From NCBI GenBank assembly GCA_021796515.1, contig JAKACC010000003.1, forward strand, positions 458-64,457: a stretch of DNA of 64,000 nt, read 5' to 3'. Positions 54,531 to 63,386 of this stretch are shown here, one piece after another (position 1 is the first letter of the stretch; each line of letters opens with the position of its first letter). This stretch comes from an archaeon (GTDB lineage: Archaea; Thermoproteota; Nitrososphaeria; Nitrososphaerales; Gagatemarchaeaceae). The notes under the pieces were generated by a model. It had not been told where the DNA came from. It did no database searches and saw nothing but the letters and a program-made list of their open reading frames with translations. The position numbers were made by a program, and so were the translations under genes.

Positions 54531-56327
54531 TCAGCCTTGCTGCATCTGCAGGGCATACATCTTCGCGAACATCCCGTCCGGCCTGGACATCAGATGCTCG
54601 AACGTCCCCTCCTCCACCACCCGCCCGGCGTCCAGGACGACTATCCTGTCGGCCAGCCTTATGGTGGAGAGCCTGTGGGCGATTATCAGCGTGGTCCTCC
54701 CCTTCACCATGGACGCGAGGGCGCGCTGAACCTTCAGCTCGGTGAACGGGTCGATCCCCGAGGTCGCTTCGTCCAGGATGAGTATCTTGGGGTCCGGCAG
54801 GAGCGCCCTGGCGAAGCAGATGAGTTGCTTCTGGCCCATCGACAGGTTTGTGGCTCCTTCTGCCACCATCGTGTCGTACCCGTCCGGAAGGGACGCGATG
54901 AACTCGTCCACTCCAAGGGCCTTCGACACATACTTGACCTGCTCGAGGGATGCCTCTGGCTTCCCATATCTGATGTTGTCGGCGACGCTCGACTCGAAAA
55001 GGAACGGGTCCTGAGGGACGGCGCTTATCCTGGACCTGAACTCAACGAACCGGAGGCGCTTCACGTCCTTCCCTCCTACCAGGACCTCTCCCTGCTGCGG
55101 GTCGTAGAACCTCTCGACCAGGTTGACGATGCTCGACTTCCCCGCGCCAGTGGCTCCCACCACAGCCACGACTTCCCCGGGCTCCACCTTCAGGTTGACC
55201 CCCTTCAGGACGGGGAGGTCATCGGAGTACCCGAAGGTGACCCCCCTCAGCTCTACCCCCCACCCGACCCCGCCGTCGAGGGTGAGAGGCGAGTCGGGCT
55301 CCTTCACCTGTATCTCGGCGTTTACGAGCTGCGTGACCCTGTCCAGCCCCGTGACTGCAGACTGGAACGAGTTGTAGAAGGTCGTGAGCTGGATTATCGG
55401 GTTGAAGAACGCGTTGACATAGAGCATGAACGTCACCAGGGTCCCCACCAGCATGTGCCCCGCGAGCACCTCGGTCCCCCCGAACCAGATGACGAGGGCG
55501 AGCCCCAGGGCCTCGATCACCTGGACCATGGAGTTGAACGCCGATGTGTACTTGTTCGCCCTCAGGTTGGCCAGCATGTTCTCGCTGTTCACGGCGTCGA
55601 ACTTCTCCGAGACCCTCCCCTCGCTGACCAAGGCCTGGGTCACCCTGACCCCGCTTATCCCCTCCTGGAGCTTGGCCGTCACCATGGCTATCTTCTTCCT
55701 GGTCTCTACGAAGTTCCGGGAGATCTTCCCCTGGAAGACCAGGGTGACGGTTACCAATATCGGGATGACGACGAACGACACTAGGCTCAGCTCCAGGTTG
55801 AAGAAGAGCATGATGACCACGATGGAGATTATGGTGAGGAAGCCGGAAAGGACCTGGGGGAGCTGGAATGTCACGAAGTCTTCGACGGCATCGACGTCGT
55901 TCATGATGTACGACATGATCCGGCCGGTCTCCCTGGTCGAGAAGTACGACTGGGAAAGGCGCTGGAGGTGGTCAAAAGCGTCTCTTCTGATGTCCCTCAG
56001 AGAGTTCTGCCCCACCAGCTGCATGGCGTAGGTCCGCCTGTTGTCTGCGGCGTAGTTGGCGAGGTATAGGATGGCGTAGGAGCCGGTGAAGGTGGCCACC
56101 CCTCCGAAGTTCCCCGCCACTATGGCGTCGATGGCGAACCCCAGCAGGACGGGTCCGACTATTCCCGCGGCCGAGGTGAAAAGAAGGCCCCCCAGGCTCA
56201 CGGCCAGGTCCCGCTTGTACCCTACGACGTACCCCACCAGCCGGCGCAAGAGGAACCCGTCGCTGTACTTCCGGTCCTTCCGCGAGTCGGGGTCGTCGTC
56301 CCCGATGTACATCCCCCGCAGCGTCAC
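54531..56327 (-). CDS. ABC exporter, fused permease/ATPase (MdlB/MsbA type)
   Basis: Six-TM domain plus an NBD with Walker A GATGAGKSS, signature LSMGQKQ and Walker B ILILDEATS. GTGA overlap with the upstream partner. Confidence 0.92.
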   Translation of the reverse strand: MTLRGMYIGDDDPDSRKDRKYSDGFLLRRLVGYVVGYKRDLAVSLGGLLFTSAAGIVGPVLLGFAIDAIVAGNFGGVATFTGSYAILYLANYAADNRRTYAMQLVGQNSLRDIRRDAFDHLQRLSQSYFSTRETGRIMSYIMNDVDAVEDFVTFQLPQVLSGFLTIISIVVIMLFFNLELSLVSFVVIPILVTVTLVFQGKISRNFVETRKKIAMVTAKLQEGISGVRVTQALVSEGRVSEKFDAVNSENMLANLRANKYTSAFNSMVQVIEALGLALVIWFGGTEVLAGHMLVGTLVTFMLYVNAFFNPIIQLTTFYNSFQSAVTGLDRVTQLVNAEIQVKEPDSPLTLDGGVGWGVELRGVTFGYSDDLPVLKGVNLKVEPGEVVAVVGATGAGKSSIVNLVERFYDPQQGEVLVGGKDVKRLRFVEFRSRISAVPQDPFLFESSVADNIRYGKPEASLEQVKYVSKALGVDEFIASLPDGYDTMVAEGATNLSMGQKQLICFARALLPDPKILILDEATSGIDPFTELKVQRALASMVKGRTTLIIAHRLSTIRLADRIVVLDAGRVVEEGTFEHLMSRPDGMFAKMYALQMQQG

Positions 56328-58081
56328 CGAGGGTCCCGCTCCTCTTCCGTGACATCCTGTGGCGCGTACTGGGACAGGTAGAGCCTCGCATATGCTCCGT
56401 TCAGCCTCAGAAGTTCCTCATGGGTCCCCTGCTCGACCACCTTCCCGGCCTCGAAGACGACTATCCTCTTCGCGAGCCTCAGCGTCGCCAGCCTCTGGGT
56501 GATGATTATGGTGGTCCTCCCCCTTATCACCTCTTTGAGCGCCTCCCCGATGGCGTACTCGGTCCCCGCGTCGACACTCGAGAGGGAGTCGTCGAGGATC
56601 AGGATGCGAGGGTCCATGAGGAGCGTCCTCGCGATGGCTATCCTCTGCTTCTGCCCACCGGAAAGCGTGACCCCTCGTTCCCCGACCCTGGTCTCGTATT
56701 TTTCGGGGTACCTCTCTATGAACTCGTCGGCGTTGGCCAGCCTGCAGGCCCTCTCGACCTCCTCCTTGCTGGCGTCCGCCTTCCCATAGCAGACGTTCTC
56801 CCTTATGGTGGCAGAGAACAGGAAGATGTCCTGGCTGACCAGGCCGACGGACGCCCTGAGAGACTTCAGGGTGAGGTCCCTGACGTCCTTCCTGTCAATC
56901 TTCACCGAGCCCGAGGCGACGTCGTAGAAGCGGGGGACAAGGTTAGCCATGGTGGTCTTGCCGGACCCTGAGACGCCGACGAAGGCGACGACCTGGCCAG
57001 CGGGGACCTCCAGGTCTATCCCTTTGAGGACCTCCCTCCCTTTCCCGTATCCGAACCTCACGCCTTCGAACCTTATGTCACCTCTCGCCCCAGTAAGAGG
57101 GAGGGCCCCTGGTCTGTCCTTCACTTCAGCCTCCGCGTCGATGACCTCCAGGATCCTGTCGAACCCCGCCATGCCGTTCTGGCCTATGAGGATGAGCTGG
57201 CCTAGGAACCTGCTCGGTCCTCCCAGCAGGGCTAGGAGGTTCGCAGCGGCGACCAGGTCCCCGATCGATATCGTCTTAGCTATCACCGGCCCCCCGCCGA
57301 AGTAGTAGAGCGCCGCGAGGTCGACGCTGATCACGAGGCTCAGAAGCGGGGTGTAGATCGCGCGGACGGCGGAAGACCCCACGATGCCGTCTCTGTACGC
57401 CTGGTTGGTCGCGGCAAAGCGAGAGACCTCGCCTTCCTCGGCAGAAAAGGACCTGACTATCCTGGCCCCTGCCACGTTCTGCTGGAGCACCGTGTTCATG
57501 GCGCCGTAGTTCTTCCTGGTGAGCCGCCAGAAGGGCCCCTGCGTCTGGCTGAACCTCCAGCTGAGGAGGAGGATCAACGGGAAGACCACGGCCACTACGC
57601 TCGCAAGGTAGAGGTTGAGGAAGACCAGGGAGACCACGACCCCCCCGACGAGGAACACGTTGGAGAGGAGCTGGCCCCAGCCGAAGGCGACGAACCTGCG
57701 GACGGCCTCGACGTCCCCCGTGGCCCTCGACATGAGCTGCCCGGTCTCGTTCTTGTCGTGGAAGCTGAAAGACTGCGACTGGATTGAGGTGAATATCATG
57801 TTGCGCAGGTCGTAGATCATCTTCTGGCCCAGCGCCTGCCCCCCGTAGCTGAGCCCGAAGCTGAACGCCGCTGACGCGGCGCTGACAGCCACGACCTCCA
57901 GCGCGACCATGGATATGGACGATATCGGCGCCCTCCCCACGACGTCGTTGACCGCCTCGCCGGTCAGGAAGGGGACGAGCACCCGGAACCCGGTGAGGGC
58001 AGTGACGCTGGCGAACGTCACCGCCGCTATCGGCCAGTGCTTCCTCATCAGGCCGAGCAACCTCAGGTATCTGTCTAACAA
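56324..58081 (-). CDS. ABC exporter, fused permease/ATPase (heterodimer partner)
   Basis: Walker A GVSGSGKTT, signature LSGGQKQR, Walker B ILILDDSLS. Confidence 0.92.
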   Translation of the reverse strand: MLDRYLRLLGLMRKHWPIAAVTFASVTALTGFRVLVPFLTGEAVNDVVGRAPISSISMVALEVVAVSAASAAFSFGLSYGGQALGQKMIYDLRNMIFTSIQSQSFSFHDKNETGQLMSRATGDVEAVRRFVAFGWGQLLSNVFLVGGVVVSLVFLNLYLASVVAVVFPLILLLSWRFSQTQGPFWRLTRKNYGAMNTVLQQNVAGARIVRSFSAEEGEVSRFAATNQAYRDGIVGSSAVRAIYTPLLSLVISVDLAALYYFGGGPVIAKTISIGDLVAAANLLALLGGPSRFLGQLILIGQNGMAGFDRILEVIDAEAEVKDRPGALPLTGARGDIRFEGVRFGYGKGREVLKGIDLEVPAGQVVAFVGVSGSGKTTMANLVPRFYDVASGSVKIDRKDVRDLTLKSLRASVGLVSQDIFLFSATIRENVCYGKADASKEEVERACRLANADEFIERYPEKYETRVGERGVTLSGGQKQRIAIARTLLMDPRILILDDSLSSVDAGTEYAIGEALKEVIRGRTTIIITQRLATLRLAKRIVVFEAGKVVEQGTHEELLRLNGAYARLYLSQYAPQDVTEEERDPR

Positions 58082-58181
58082 CCTCAGCTCCGCCTTTCAA
58101 AGCTCCCCTCCTCGGCTTCTTCTTAAATCGGCGCGGGGACCCGGTTTATAGCGGCAATGGGAGGGCCCCTCAGCCCCTGTT

Positions 58182-59399
58182 TTGGAAGAGTCCAGGCCTG
58201 CAGAAACGACAGACAGCCGTTCCCTGACCTTCCTGGCCGCCCTCCGGGTGCTCAGGAGCGTCTCGGCGGGGATGATCAACGTTGCCTTCCCGTTCCTCGT
58301 GCTCGAAGAGCTGCATCTGGGGTACGTCCTCCTCGGCGTGATGTACGCATCCGCCACCCTCGCCACTGCCGTCCTTGGGCTCGGCATAGGGATCGCCGCC
58401 GATTTGGTAGGGAGGAGGCTCACCTTCGTAGTGGCGCTGGCGCTCCTGCCCCTTTCAGCCGTCCTGGTTGTGGTCAGCACCAGCGTCCCGTCCCTTTTCC
58501 TCGCTGCCGTCATCGGGGGGATATCGGCGACGGGGTCCCTCCCGGGGGGTGGGGTGGGAGGCGCCGCCCAGCCGATACAGTCCATCCTCACCACGGAGCT
58601 GACGTCGAGGAAGGACAGGACGAGGTTCTACTCCCTCCTTGCCTTCGTCTCCGGGATAGCCTCGGCCGCGGGCGCCTATCTCGGAGGGTTCGGGACGATA
58701 CAGGAGGTGTTCGCAGTGGCCGCCGCGCTAGGTGCGGCGTCTGTGCTCCTGACCCCGATGGTGAGGACGGGGAAGTCGGTGAGGAGGTCCCTTACCCTGA
58801 AGTCAGGCGCGGCGATAGGCAAGTTCAGCCTCACGGGCATGCTGAACGGGCTCAGCCAGGGGCTGGTCACCCCCTACCTCATCCCGTTCTTCATCGCGCT
58901 CTACTCGGTGACCAGGCAGGAGATGAACGTCTACGCGGGCGTGTCTGGGCTCATCGCGTCCTTCGCCTTGCTCCTTGCGCCGAGGATCGAGAGGAGGCTC
59001 GGGTTCCTGAAGGGGATCACCGCGACCCGAAGCGCCTCCGTGGTCCTCTCCATCGTGATGCCCCTGGTCCGCCTTTTCCCCGTGTCTCTCTTCATCTATC
59101 TCCTCCTGCCCGCGACCAGGGTGATGGCTCTCCCGATCCAGCAGGCGGCCATGATGGACATGGTGGCGGAGGACGAGAGGGGCGCGGCCTTCGGCATCAA
59201 CCAGACGGCTAGGCTCGCCCTCTCCGCAGGCGGGACGTATTTCTCGGGGTTCGAGTTCGGATCCCTGGAAGCGGACCCTATGGTGATTGACTACCCCTTC
59301 GCGCTATACGGCGCTGTGCTCGCCGCCAACCTCTGCCTCTACTGGTGGTTCTTCAGGAGATACAAGCCTCCCCCGGGAGTCACGAAGGCGCCAGGCTAG
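58182..59399 (+). CDS. MFS transporter
   Basis: 12 predicted TM helices and the loop 2-3 motif IAADLVGRR. GGTTTATAGC box about 30-40 nt upstream of TTG 58182. Confidence 0.85.
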   Translation: MEESRPAETTDSRSLTFLAALRVLRSVSAGMINVAFPFLVLEELHLGYVLLGVMYASATLATAVLGLGIGIAADLVGRRLTFVVALALLPLSAVLVVVSTSVPSLFLAAVIGGISATGSLPGGGVGGAAQPIQSILTTELTSRKDRTRFYSLLAFVSGIASAAGAYLGGFGTIQEVFAVAAALGAASVLLTPMVRTGKSVRRSLTLKSGAAIGKFSLTGMLNGLSQGLVTPYLIPFFIALYSVTRQEMNVYAGVSGLIASFALLLAPRIERRLGFLKGITATRSASVVLSIVMPLVRLFPVSLFIYLLLPATRVMALPIQQAAMMDMVAEDERGAAFGINQTARLALSAGGTYFSGFEFGSLEADPMVIDYPFALYGAVLAANLCLYWWFFRRYKPPPGVTKAPG

Positions 59400-59473
59400 C
59401 GGGAGGTCCTGAGGACGGGGGGCTGTAGAGCCAGGGGCCAGTGTTTATCCGGCGCCCCTTTCGGCCAGGCTAT

Positions 59474-59564
59474 GGGCCCGTAGCCCAGCACGGATCAGGG
59501 CGTCAGCCTCCGAAGCTGAAGCGCGAAAGCTCAGAGACCGTGGGTTCGAATCCCACCGGGCCCG
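59474..59564 (+). tRNA. tRNA-Arg (anticodon CCG) with a 20-nt insertion between anticodon stem and T stem; no encoded CCA
   Basis: Hand-folded cloverleaf. Acceptor GGGCCCG/CGGGCCC. D arm GCCC-AGCACGGATCA-GGGC. Anticodon arm TCAGC-CTCCGAA-GCTGA (CCG at 59510-59512). T arm GTGGG-TTCGAAT-CCCAC. Discriminator G. TTTAT box 26-30 nt upstream. Confidence 0.8.
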
Positions 59565-59569
59565 CTCGA

Positions 59570-59585
59570 GTTTCCGTACGGAAAC
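59570..59585. repeat. perfect 16-bp palindrome GTTTCCGTACGGAAAC 6 nt downstream of the tRNA
   Basis: The sequence equals its own reverse complement, and it is directly preceded by the CTCGAG palindrome. Function unknown (trailer hairpin, terminator or recombination site). Confidence 0.9.
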
Positions 59586-59689
59586 ACTTCCCGCGTTAAA
59601 TATGCTGCATCGCTTCTTGAACGATTTGCAATCTTCAGGATGGGTCAAGGTCTGAGGAAGCTCAAGCTGGCGCACTCCCCTACCGCCGC

Positions 59690-60016
59690 ATGCTGGAGGA
59701 GGACGACAACTTAGGGAAGTGGGTGGAGTCGCTCGCGAGAGGGTCGGTGCTGACCGCCTCGGTCTACTTCAGGAGGGTGGGGCACCTGTGCGCGTCGATG
59801 AGGGTCACGCCAGCCGCTGTAGCGGCGATGTCGGTGAAGGAGGGGAGGGCGTTCATCCACGATATGATCTCGTTCCTCAAGGGCTCCGGGAACGTGGGAT
59901 CCACCATAGAGGGGTATGTGAAGGCGGTGCGGAACTGGATGACCTGGAACGACCTACAGATACCGGGGAGGAACAAGGTGCTGAAAGGGAGGGTCGAGGA
60001 GTTGGAACGTAGGTAG
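59690..60016 (+). pseudogene. N-terminal (SAM-like domain) fragment of a tyrosine-recombinase-type integrase
   Basis: W..SL.....TASVYFRRVGHL....VTPAAVAAMSVKEGRAFIHDMISFL...GSTIEGYVKAVRNWMTW fits the integrase N-terminal domain pattern. No catalytic R..HxxR..Y domain follows in any frame. Confidence 0.4.
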
Positions 60017-60515
60017 AGTCTGGCAGGTCTTGGTATGCGCGAGGACAACTTCGACGAGCAGGTCCACGAGTACTCGAAGTGTCCCCCCGGCCTTGATTTA
60101 ACAGATTCAGATTCGGGCACCCCTCGAGAGGGAGTACCATCTGATGCGGCGAAAGGCTGACAGCTCGCCAGGAGAAACCTCAACACACTCGGAATGCACA
60201 ACTTGATGTGAAGCAGAAAAAGTGGCGCTACCCGGAGAAGGGGCTGGGGCTGTCGTCGACCTCCTCGATCTCGTCAGGCCCCACGGCGCGGTCGCAGATT
60301 TCGCAGAAGAAAGGCTCCCCCTCGACCCTGTTCAGTTGGGACCTGCACACCGTGTGGACGATCATATCGAGTCTGTTACCCTCGCGCAGGATGACGCTCC
60401 CTCCATAAGGGCTTCGCGATGCTCCGCCGGGCCCTTCGTAGGACGGGCGCTTCGTTTTGTTGGCGAGCGATTCAATAACATCTTGCAAAGCAAGGTTTGT
60501 CACAGCAAAAGGGAT

Positions 60516-60842
60516 TCAGAGGTCGTTTGCAGGAAGTTCGCATGCGGCCCTCAGGCTCCGCTCCTGGGTGAAGGCGGTGAATGCCAGGAGGGCCAGAGAA
60601 CCGAGCTTTATCGGAATCTGGTACTCGGAGAACAAGATTCCAAAGGCTGCCAGAATCCCTCCCGCGCCCCCAGCGACGGCCAGAAGAGGAACGAGATAGT
60701 AGCACGGGCAAGCCCCCGCCACGACGGCCGCTGCCACCCCCAGCAGTCCGGCTCTCCTGTGCGCCCCCTTGAGCGCGGGAAAAGTGTGGATTTCATACAT
60801 CGACATGGTTATGGCGATTCCAGATAAACCAGAAATTGCCAA
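60516..60842 (-). CDS. small membrane protein with intramembrane Cys-Pro-Cys motif (MerE/CcdA-like motif), possibly 5-prime truncated
   Basis: VAGACPCYYLVPLLAVAGG sits in a TM helix. TTG start. The frame stays open and hydrophobic for 47 codons upstream (to the TGA at 60984-60986) without any ATG/GTG/TTG. Confidence 0.4.
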   Translation of the reverse strand: MAISGLSGIAITMSMYEIHTFPALKGAHRRAGLLGVAAAVVAGACPCYYLVPLLAVAGGAGGILAAFGILFSEYQIPIKLGSLALLAFTAFTQERSLRAACELPANDL

Positions 60843-61007
60843 GTCTAGGAAGAAGAGCGGCAGCCTCCCAGGATCGACGTAGAAAGCGAGGTAAGGGGAA
60901 ACGAAGTAGAATTCATCGAAGTATAGGAAGGTGAGAGAGGACAGCCGCGATGGTAATCCCAGAAGCCGCGTACGGCGGCCGTCTCAGAATAGTGAATATC
61001 TGCAGTA

Positions 61008-61691
61008 TCAGCCCCCACCAAGGCTGTTAATCGCCTGCTGGAAGACGCTTTCTGGTTGCGCCCCAGATATGGTGACGTACTGCCCCGTAGGGCCCACGAC
61101 GAAGAATGTCGGGGTTCCCTGCACGCCCACCTGCCGTCCTGCCTGGATGTTGGAATCAATGAGCGAATTGTATCTGCCACTGTTCATGTCCTGAGTGAAC
61201 TGAGTCGCGTCGAGCCCGAGCTTCAGCGCGTAGCTAATCATCAGTTGCTGAGTGACCCACCCGGAGTTTGGCTGTCCTTGGTTGGCGTATAACAGGTCGT
61301 GGAATTGCCAGAACTTCCCTTGCGCCCCTGCGGCGTAGGCAGCGTTGGCTGCGAGCCTCGAGTCCGAGTCATATATTATGAAGTCGTACCAGACGAGTTT
61401 GGCCTTGCCGCTGTCGACGAGGTTCTGTATCACCGATTGCGCCTGGGTCTTGTACCAGTAGTCACAAGTGGGGCACTGGAAGTCTCCGAACTGGTAGATG
61501 GTGTAAGGAGCGCCCGGCGAACCGAGGACCGGGTTCTCGGCCGAAATCGAAAGCGGGAAGACCTTGTTGCCGCTCCCCTGTCCCTGGGTCGCAAGATAGA
61601 CGGCTCCGACGGCAATCGCGACCACTACGACTGCAGCCGCGACATAGATGGATTTGCTCCTCCCTGAGTATCGATTACTTCTCCTAACCAA
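61008..61691 (-). CDS. membrane-anchored DsbA/BdbD-like thiol:disulfide oxidoreductase
   Basis: N-terminal TM anchor. Thioredoxin fold with YQFGDFQCPTC active site and the cis-Pro region VQGTPTFFV. Confidence 0.85.
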   Translation of the reverse strand: MVRRSNRYSGRSKSIYVAAAVVVVAIAVGAVYLATQGQGSGNKVFPLSISAENPVLGSPGAPYTIYQFGDFQCPTCDYWYKTQAQSVIQNLVDSGKAKLVWYDFIIYDSDSRLAANAAYAAGAQGKFWQFHDLLYANQGQPNSGWVTQQLMISYALKLGLDATQFTQDMNSGRYNSLIDSNIQAGRQVGVQGTPTFFVVGPTGQYVTISGAQPESVFQQAINSLGGG

Positions 61692-61846
61692 AGCGACCTA
61701 GGCCTGAACTTGGCCGACTGGTCATCACGCCGATATAACAAGGCGGTTTGACGGTTCAATGAATCGTTTATCTCAGGGCGACCCTGCGCCCGAGGTCTGC
61801 CGCGGAGCATACCTCGAAGGACGTAATCGGGACCGACGGGGATGAG

Positions 61847-62134
61847 TTGGTGGGCAAGAGGATCGTCCTCGGTGTCACCGGGAGCGTGTCTGCCTACCGG
61901 GCTCCCGACATTGCTCGGGTCCTGATGCGGCTTGGCGCCCACTTGCCTCCCGTGATGACCCCAGGGGCAAGGAAGATCATCCACGAGAATTTGCTCGAAT
62001 GGGCCAGGCCCCCAAACTTCTTCGCCCCTCCCAAGGTTCCAGGCGGGAGCGTGATAGTCGGGGTCCAAGACGTCGTCGGCGGCTTCATCGTCCCGAGGGT
62101 TCTGGCCAATGGGGGTCGAGTCCGAAGTTGCTGA
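61847..62134 (+). pseudogene. truncated flavoprotein (CoaC/Dfp/UbiX-like) N-terminal fragment
   Basis: KRIVLGVTGSVSAYRAPDIARVLMRLGAHLPPVMTPGARKII matches the flavoprotein-family N-terminus. The ORF ends after 95 aa, against about 180 expected, and its second half is degenerate. Confidence 0.5.
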
Positions 62135-62392
62135 TAGCAGACCTTGACCTGAGAGCGGCCAACAGGCTCAGGCGAAAGAGGTTGAAAGCACGGCGAGTGG
62201 AAACCTATGCCGCTCTCTTGCGTAACACGGAATGACAGCGGGCTTGGTCCAGGGGCAGGATCTGTGCGAGGGTACGGAGAGGATGTTTCGGCGTCGGAGA
62301 AGCCGTTGTTCGGACTTCAGTGAGGGGTTTAATCGTTGAATGGCATTCGTAAATTCACCTAGCGACAACCCAGCCACAGGGGTGAAAGAGAA

Positions 62393-62497
62393 ATGTCGAA
62401 ACAAGTAACGAGACAATGTTGCGGGGTCAAATTCGAAAGCGAAGCCGAATACCTTGAGCATTTCGAAGAGCGACACATGGCGTGTGGCTGCGGGTAG
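62393..62497 (+). CDS. possible 34-aa zinc-finger-like peptide
   Basis: Hand-found ORF below the track cutoff: MSKQVTRQCCGVKFESEAEYLEHFEERHMACGCG. GGTGA lies 9 nt upstream of the ATG. C2H2-like F-x-S-x-x-x-Y-L-x-H-x4-H pattern. Confidence 0.25.
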   Translation: MSKQVTRQCCGVKFESEAEYLEHFEERHMACGCG

Positions 62498-62550
62498 GTT
62501 GATTTGTTGTGCCCGCCGCGGCTTCCTGATCGAGTTCGGAAACCCCGATT

Positions 62551-63039
62551 TCAGCGAGCGTGACGGGTTTGCCTGCGCCAATCTGGGTGAGTGATCCGTA
62601 GTAGAGCAACGAAGCCCCGAACGAAGAGGATTGTCGGGTAAGCCACGACCCACTTGAGGACTAGCTTTGCCGCCCGATGCCTCGTCATCGCCCCCGCGAC
62701 AGGCGGGCTGAATCGATAGTACACACCTAGGACTTCGGCAAAGGGGACTCTCAAGCCGGATTGAAGGAGGACATCATCACGGAACGATCTCAGGAACTGG
62801 ACACGAGAGTCCAATTCTGATCCGAAAGCTGCGGTTGCTATGAAGCACTCCTTGTTCACTTCGATGCATGACCCCTCTATCAGTCTTCCCTTCATACCCG
62901 AATCGTCTTCCGTAGTCGGCGGGCACACCTGTGCGGCCGGGATGTAGAACCTTCGGGTGAAGACGGTAGAATCATCCCTGAGATATCTCCCTTCCACCCA
63001 GTGAAACTTCTTTGGCACGCCAGAGCCCTGTTCGGTCAT
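62551..63039 (-). CDS. protein with CFIATAAFGS...LRSFRD motif and C-terminal hydrophobic segment
   Basis: The motif CFIATAAFGSELDSRVQFLRSFRDDVLL recurs, to my recollection, in many prokaryotic hypothetical or surface proteins. The start ATG overlaps the stop of the upstream gene (ATGA). Confidence 0.5.
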   Translation of the reverse strand: MTEQGSGVPKKFHWVEGRYLRDDSTVFTRRFYIPAAQVCPPTTEDDSGMKGRLIEGSCIEVNKECFIATAAFGSELDSRVQFLRSFRDDVLLQSGLRVPFAEVLGVYYRFSPPVAGAMTRHRAAKLVLKWVVAYPTILFVRGFVALLRITHPDWRRQTRHAR

Positions 63040-63371
63040 TCCCGCCCATTCGTCCTCCGAGACGCTTCGACTATCTCACGCCTGACTAGGTCGACATCCG
63101 GAACCGCGCCTTGGCTGACGACCTTCCCGTCCACCAGTGTTATCGGAGGATGGTACGCTCCCTGCAGAAGGGCGATGGGCAGGCGGTTGAGCCATGGCTC
63201 GACCCTGAAATCAACACCAACCACGCCCGATTCGCTGACCGCCCTGGCCACTGCGGCCACCGCGAGGTCGCACTCTTCGCAGATTGACCCGCTCACGTTG
63301 AAGAAGAGTTGCCTGCCAGATATCCTGTAGACTCTGACCTTGACCATATTCGTAGCGGGACTGGAACGCAT
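63036..63371 (-). CDS. thioredoxin/glutaredoxin-fold small protein (CEEC motif)
   Basis: VKVRVY..GSICEECD...PPITLVDGKVVSQGAVPD..LVRREI fits a Grx-like fold with C-x-x-C. Likely start ATG 63347. Confidence 0.5.
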   Translation of the reverse strand: MRSSPATNMVKVRVYRISGRQLFFNVSGSICEECDLAVAAVARAVSESGVVGVDFRVEPWLNRLPIALLQGAYHPPITLVDGKVVSQGAVPDVDLVRREIVEASRRTNGRE

Positions 63372-63386
63372 TGAACTAACTAACCT

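Noticed and set aside
59445-59675. 76-aa minus-strand ORF
   Set aside because: It lies directly over the tRNA-Arg gene and its flanks. The tRNA cloverleaf is a far better explanation.
59474-60016. Idea that the integrase fragment is the Int(N) half of an SSV-type integrase partitioned by integration into tRNA-Arg(CCG)
   Set aside because: In partitioned SSV-type integrases the att core within the tRNA overlaps the int reading frame. Here the fragment starts 125 nt downstream of the tRNA and does not overlap it, and no matching Int(C) or att repeat is visible in the window. It is kept only as a generic truncated integrase.
60222-61180. Several 60-200-aa ORFs in the island (60222..60827 +, 60228..60503 -, 60845..61180 -, 62168..62653 -)
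   Set aside because: They overlap each other or better-supported genes, have biased composition and no motifs. The partial exception is an H-x2-C...C-x2-C pattern in 60228..60503, which is too weak to call.
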